This document shows positions 57,495 through 64,000 of a stretch of DNA of 64,000 nt, piece after piece. The stretch is from NCBI GenBank assembly GCA_002269645.1, contig NIVC01003855.1:1-64000 (forward strand), given 5' to 3'. The position numbers and the translations under genes are program-made. This DNA comes from Macrostomum lignano. Lineage: Eukaryota. Each line of letters begins with the position of its first letter. The first letter of the stretch is position 1. The notes below the pieces were generated by a model. That model made no database searches. It was given only the letters and a program-made list of their open reading frames with translations, and was not told the DNA's origin.

Positions 57495-58379
57495 ATAGCT
57501 GACTTAGTTTGAATTTAAAACTCGACAGATAGACTTTTTTTAATGCGTTGGATATATTTTCCAATTTTTTTGGAAAACGGTTGCGACCGAAGAGAAGCAG
57601 TCGTCATTAATGTGGGTGATAGTCAAAATTTCATGACAATGACTTTGAATCCGTCATTATGTTTTTACATAAATTAGAAGCATCTGTAAAATGAATCTGT
57701 TGCTCGCATGCACTCTAACTACCCCAAAATTTAAGTTGACATAGTTCAAAGATTTTTATTGATAAGTCCATTGAAATTGTCTAATACAGGGGTAGGCAAA
57801 TGTAGTTTGAGCACTTCCAGTAAACAATATCTGATTGGCACGAAAGTTATTTTACGATTCCAGAATATTCCACTTTTACTTGCCCCCGAGTTCTACAGCC
57901 AGGGCATCCGCCCTGAATTGATAACCCCGCTGTACAGAAAAATGTTACACTCAATAAACTTGTGGCAAAGTAAAACGATTTCCCGACAATCAGATGATTA
58001 TTAGCTACAGCTATTGTGCCCAAATGCACAACGATCAACGATCACAACGACCAAAATGCACAAATGATCAACGATCAAACCAATCGTTGAAAGTATTGAT
58101 CTGCAGTAAAATTAAAAGCTTGCTACTTACAGGAATTATTTCGCAAACGTGGAGGGTAATTTGAAATCATTTTATCTTTTCGTTTCATATTTCGTTTCAA
58201 AATCTAAATTCCTTACTCTCTAATTGCGCGCGAATATCACACTTCCTTTGATTACAAGGATTTGCTACCATGTCGGTTTGCTCTGCGTTACCTGCAAATT
58301 ACGAGTAGATAATACATATATAGTTACATTTTTCGGCTAGTTTTAACTAACCAATGTAAAACTTTATCCTAAATTTCAG

Positions 58380-58520
58380 AACAAGATCCAGTTTTACCAG
58401 ATGGTCGAAACGCATGGACGAGCAGCCAAGAGGAAGAGCTCAACACCGATGGAGCTGATGAAGAATAGACACCATCATCACCAGCACAGGCGACAGCACA
58501 GCCAACTGACTAATCATTGA
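58380..58520 (+). CDS. Candidate alternative terminal exon of the pLGIC (NKIQFYQMVETHGRAAKRKSSTPMELMKNRHHHHQHRRQHSQLTNH*)
   Basis: Pyrimidine-rich tttcag| acceptor, phase 0, 47 codons, GC-richer than the AT-rich flanks. Confidence 0.5.
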   Translation, partial: NKIQFYQMVETHGRAAKRKSSTPMELMKNRHHHHQHRRQHSQLTNH

Positions 58521-60976
58521 TTCGTATTTTTTAAAATTATTAGCTGTGTTCGTATTGTGTCTCAAGTGCATTAACAGTAGTGATTATACTCAAAGACTTT
58601 TTGCTGCAACCGATCAGAGCAACTTGAGTGTATATGGCTGTATGAAATTCAATTGAGCTCTGTATTGATGCTCTTTTTAAAAAGTGCATCGATAAAGTCA
58701 ATTTTTTATAATACTATGCATGAATTGTATCTTGTATGTAGTGCTCAATCCAAGTATATACCACTTCGATCTTGCATCTTTGAAGTGAACAGGGGCCTTC
58801 TTGAAAAGATACTCGTATATTCTCTAAGATACTTTAAATTATAATGTATTACAATGTTATTATATATATAGTAGCTTGTATATTTATTGATTTATAATTT
58901 ATATCATTTGCGTAAGTTCTTATTCGGATTATAATTTATTTCTCACATTACCTAAAGATAATGTTATTAATTATTTTGAGATTTGCGCAAAACTGATTTG
59001 TACTGTTACTAATCTATCAATTATTTCACTAAATGGTTTGGCAAACTGAGCTACTGAATACAACCACAATCTGCTATTTTCAATTAAGGACTGCGCTTGT
59101 CTGTAAAAGTTTGAAAAATCTACCTTTTTAAAATGTCATCAATTGGTTTTCTGATTAGAAGCAGCAAAAATGTCTTTCAGCGACATAATTACCGTCCTTA
59201 GCACATACGTGTATGTATAGTAGCTAGCTCTATTTTTCAAAGAATTTAAAAGTAAATTAAAATTTACAAATTGGCAATACAAGCCAACAAATTTCAACAC
59301 CCCTTAAGGATTCCCAACTCCAGTGAGCACTAGTCGTGTCCTGCTCAAAATATTTACTAGATAAGTAATTCCCTTACGTGTATATTAATTTTACTTCGGT
59401 TAATCGCAGTCAACCTAATCAACATGAAAAGGAAATCCGAATTATGAGGTCTAGGCATTATTAATTGATGCAAGCTGATTAATATATTGTTTTAATTGCC
59501 GATGCGTTATTGATGGATATTAATTTCTATTCATTCGATTTTTATAAAAGCATAAAAATAATATCAGCTAGTAAAACATTATAACATTCAATATTTTATA
59601 TCTAATCAATCTCACCCGCAAAATTTGTGCACTGTTTGGTGCACCTCCTGCAGTTTCCGTAAACTTTCAACTTGAAAGTAATTTAGTACATGTACATTGT
59701 AGTTATCTTATCGATACAAGATACGCTATCTCTGACTCTCTGTCAAGCATGCAATATTGCTTATCTTATCGATGCAGGTTTATCTGCAAGACAACTGCTA
59801 ATAAAAAGACGTTCAGCTATAAGTAAATTTGTACTTTTTTGTTTAAATAAAGACTGGAAAGCAGAACACATGTATAACGATAAATGATCAGTCTGGTACA
59901 TTTTAGTTTTTAAGTGACAATTTCATATAGTCGTTTTTTATACTAAATACTGATGCCACCGTATTTTAGCGGAATGGGCGTTCGCGCCTTCACGCTGTGT
60001 CCCCTCCGGGACAGCCCTGCAGCTATGTACCGCCCTTGATGCCCGGCCGCTCCGCGAGGAGGCGAACGAATGACCGTAGGCTGCCTATGGCCGGGCAATG
60101 ACCTGACGGATCTCCAGCAACAGACTGTCCCGCCCCCATGATTGATAGCTTTGGTAGCGCTTTCGTGACCAGAGGGCCAAGGAGCCACATGGACCCCACC
60201 TGTAGCCAAGGTGCAATAGTTGGTCACTCGGTCAGAGCATGACCGAGTGGCTGCCACCACCCTATGTGACCTGGCGCACCTGGATCTCACTACCAGACCT
60301 CTCGAGGCTAGAGCCCCGCCTGGATTGGTTACCAGGGGATTTAGGCTAACAGGAGAGACGCATGCAGCCGAGTACAGGGACTCTGCTTGGGGCATGTACG
60401 GCAACTCTGGGCTCAATCTGGAGAATTTCTCAGCAGGGGATCATTTGTGGCTGTGAACGAGGCGGACTTGCGGTTTCAATTATTAAGAGTAGTGTGAGAC
60501 GAAACTGTACTAGCTATAGTTTAGATTTCTCAGGGCGAAGGGACGCGTAAGCATGGGGTTGCAACCTTCCTGCTGCCATTCTGTGCCGAGACTCGCTACT
60601 TCCCTCTACTGCTTACACACACGAACCCGCAACACGCATACACAGGCGGGCTTTGCACGGGGAGAGGCCATTAGCTTACCCAAACTTCCTTATGCTTTGC
60701 CACCCAGGAGAAAGGGTGAAGCAAGCATGAATGAAATGATGGTGAAAGTGTGAATAATGAGGAGATTAGTAATGGTTAATGATTAGGCCCTTAGGCAAAA
60801 GAAACAGGCAATTAGGCGGCTTCACTATTGAGTAAAATAAAGCAAAGAGTACGGTATCACAATTGGCTCAGCTCTCTTAATCAAGCAATGGGAAATAAGG
60901 GAATGGCATTCTGGGGAGTCAAGGGAACTTGGCGGTATCAGACCGCGGACAGACAGAGGTTCGTCCTATAGACGAA

Positions 60977-63117
60977 CAAGGACGACTAAAGTAAAGTCGT
61001 CCGTATATATAGGACGCAAGACGATCAACTTTCGTGGAAAATTCGTTAGAGGCCGATTTTCGTAATGCAATGCATAGCCAAAATAGAAGTAGTTTACATG
61101 CTTTATAATCGTTGCGAGATATTATCGACCTGTGTAGAACAGTCGTGCAGCATTTTAATATTTTTATAATGCATTCTTATTTGATTTCATTATATATAGC
61201 TAGATATAGAGTTGTAGCTTTCGTTTTATAATGACTTATTATGTCAACGCCTTTTACCATTAGGGCCTAGTACGTGCTAGGACATACTTCTGTAGATCTC
61301 TAATCTGAAAATTTTCAGCAACTAGATACATCAGTGCTGCTAATAGCTAGCTTAATTTTTTACTTTACTAGAGCAGTATATTTAACTTTATTTCATTTAT
61401 TTAATAGCTATTAATAGCTCCCACGTTACTCTGAATGACTCCAGTCGAGCTCCAATTGTATCAGATGCATCGCGTAGCCTAAACTATATCTTCTTCAACT
61501 CGCTACCATGGTGGAGCAGATGGCTAGGGGGGGGGCGGGGTCCCGCACGCCAGCGTTCTCTTACGACTGAGACACAGAAAGCTGTAATTCAAACATGCAG
61601 AGGTCTTGTGGAGCTTTCAAAATACCTCCTATCCAAGCACTCATTCACCTGATGTCCTTCTAGGTAAGAAAAATGCTAATGCATAAGATAAAAGCGTAAA
61701 AAATCATTGATCCAAGTTACTATTTCCACTTTCAGGTGCTTTCCAATATGACCTCCTTGAGGGCGAGTTCTCGATTTATAGACAGGGACATGGAGGATGC
61801 TATTTTATCTCGGTTGAGCAAATCTTCCTGAGCGCAAAGTTGCGTCGAATGCAATTGTATGCCCAGCTTGATGGCAACATACCAGAGCACCCACAATCTA
61901 CATGTTGTGGCGAGCAAGAATTAAGTGATGCTGAACTCACAGTCATTGACAATTTGTCAGTTGATGAAGCTGCTGTCTCTGAGACAGAAAGAGCTGCACT
62001 CTATTATGTATGTGGCTATATTGCACTAAAGGAAGATATCGCTCAATCTGATTCGGCTGATTTTCGTCACACTGTAGATACTAAGGCATGCAGTGAATTT
62101 ATGAGTCTTTTGTCTCGAGGAAAGCTGGTGCATTCTCCCGAATGGTTGCTTGTTTACGCTCTATTGTGCCATTCGTTTTTTAATTCACTGCACTATACGT
62201 GTGTGAACCGTGTGGTCCGACGTTTTTGTTCCATATTTGAAGCATTTATTGACATTCAAATCAGTTCCGACCTGGTGGCTCGCATATCCAGACGTCTATC
62301 GAATGTTTGTTAAAGGACTTATTCGAAAGGAGTCGTCGCTTACTCGGTCTACTTATAATGCGCGTAGACTCCGGAAATTGAATTCGCTTTAGATTGTTAC
62401 TGTATTTTGAGTTTCTCTATTTTTTGAAATATTTCGATCTGTGGGGGGACAATTTTATTTTACCCCTTTCCTGGTTCTACTACCTTGCCAGTTTGTAGTT
62501 TCGTCTCCTGGCAATTTTTCTTGTTTGTTTTGACATATTACTAGGGGCACTAAAAAGTTCTGAGCCATGGTGTGAAAGAGAGTTGAAATATTTTTCGAAT
62601 ACTATTAACATATTATTGTGTTACAACATCGATTCTCAGCGCTTTGTGACCATGGGATCTTGCTCTTGGTCGGGGTCAGAATTTTTAGTGCGCCACGTAA
62701 AATCAGCAATTTTAGATGGATACTGTACTTTTGACAGATTATATTTTGAACTGTTAATGTCCGAATTATTCAACTTATTAATGTCTTAAATCTTTCTTCC
62801 TGTTTTTGCTACCTTGCCAGTTTGCAGTTTCGTCTCTTTTGACGTTTTTCTTGTTTATTTTGACAGTAAAATCAGCAATTTTTGATGATTTTTTAGTATA
62901 TAGGACTGTACTGTTGACAAGTATTTCGGGGTGTTTCAAGTCCGAATTGGTCAATTTATTGATGTCTTAAATTAAAGGGCATATGTTACTGCCTATTCTG
63001 TGAAAAAATAAGCATCTTACGATCAATAGCGTACACAGGAGATACATTTAAAAATGGGCCTCCAATGAAATTTTCATCAATTCTGAGTCTTGCATCCTTC
63101 TACTTAAGTAGTCCTTG
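60977..63117 (+). mobile_element. Internally deleted P-element (THAP9-type) DNA transposon
   Basis: Left end CAAGGACGACTAAAGTA, right end TACTTAAGTAGTCCTTG, perfect 8-bp TSD TAGACGAA (60969-60976 and 63118-63125), encloses a transposase remnant. Confidence 0.9.
61410..62392 (+). pseudogene. 3' part of P-element/THAP9-like transposase with a 72-nt intron (61664-61735) and two apparent frameshifts (~61650, ~62305)
   Basis: LTTETQKAVIQTCRGLVELSKYLL..F/VLLG|AFQYDLLEGEFSIYRQGHGGCYFISVEQI (third catalytic Glu region), ALYYVCGYIALK, LSRGKLVHSP, C-terminal RRLRKL. No THAP domain or first catalytic residues visible upstream within the element. Confidence 0.82.
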
Positions 63118-63319
63118 TAGACGAATGGGTCAGATCAACGTCTGACAGGCCAAAGTGAGCTCATGAGTCCAAAGAAGGACCACTTCGGGAAGAGTGGCAG
63201 GATCTGAGGGTTCTCACGCCGAAAACCGCTCCCTTAAATAGACCTCACGGCCGCCGCTCCAAGGTCGTTTCCATGACTCCCTCTCTCTGATTGGCTGCCG
63301 GAGAAATGACGTCAGAATT

Positions 63320-63720
63320 AGTCATGATGAGAAACATGAGAACGCCATAGCAACATGAGAAATTGAGAAATTGCGCAATCCGGAGGAGGGGTGGGGGATA
63401 ATGAGCACAGCGGGGGTCGAGAAAGTGTTGCGCAAGCAAACATTGAGAACAATGGGGCTCGGGTCGAGAACAAAGGAAATGGAAATCGGGGATAATTGGG
63501 GAGAACTGAGAACAAGAGAAAAGTAAACATTGGAGAAAAGGTGCTAATTGGGTGCGAAAAGGAGAACCATAGAAAGAGAAAATCTGGGAAAATGTGGTAA
63601 TTAGGTTCGAAAACGAGAACAAAAGAATAAAAAACGAGAACAATAGAAGCAGAGGTGGGATGGGTGTCGCATGAGAAATCTTGAGAAGAGAACAATAGCA
63701 TGAGAAAAGATTGCGCAAGA
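63320..63720 (+). repeat. Degenerate GAGAA-rich low-complexity tract
   Basis: Recurrent (T)GAGAA(A/C) motifs; purine-skewed. Confidence 0.55.
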
Positions 63721-64000
63721 GGGGTGATGAGTCATCGGAGTGAAGGAGGGGTCAGAAGTCTTGCGTCGCCGTTTGGGATTTTAAAAAGGGATGGAGCGAC
63801 AGTGAGCACAAAAGGTACTGTAAGTAAGCACAGGGACAGCGCAAGAAAAACGAGCTAAAACATGACAAAAAGATGGGAAGCAGGAGAAGTACATGATAGA
63901 TGGGGTGGGGCGCATGGGAAACGGGGAGACGGGTGAGGTGCAGAAAGAAAAGGGGGCTCCGGAAAGGCACGTGTGGCTGAGTGGGAGACAGAACCGAGAC

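Noticed and set aside
59943-60550. GC-rich ORFs left of the P element as retroelement RT/RNase H
   Set aside because: No catalytic motifs in any frame; probably the non-coding part of an older repeat into which the P element inserted.

Overview
Eukaryotic (animal) genomic DNA. The minisatellite-filled introns, long (CTGT/CTAT)n tracts and short ~70-nt introns suggest a free-living flatworm such as Macrostomum, but this is inference only. Four spliced genes were reconstructed by hand. (1) PUS1 tRNA pseudouridine synthase (+, 4 exons, 2392-6516). (2) A ubiquitin-specific protease with a hydrophobic N-terminus (+, 4 exons, 9404-17216). (3) An SPMIP1/ATP6V1FNB-like microtubule inner protein (-, 2 exons, 28124-28832). 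(4) A Cys-less pentameric ligand-gated ion channel (+, about 36707-56023 or 58520). The standout is in the channel: its pore exon (end of M1, M2, M2-M3 loop) exists as two diverged 156-nt tandem copies 70 nt apart. They look like mutually exclusive exons and differ at pore-lining positions (Q vs R at 2', A vs T at 13'). The channel also has two candidate last exons and no visible signal peptide. Mobile DNA includes an internally deleted, intron-bearing P-element/THAP9-type transposon with a perfect 8-bp TSD (60977-63117), three P-like MITEs (one sharing its TIR), a hAT MITE, a tRNA-type SINE family and a TSD-flanked retro-insertion. More than 20 tandem arrays are present. The first 2.3 kb is almost devoid of CpG and shows CpA>TpA-biased divergence. 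All coordinates, counts and translations are manual.
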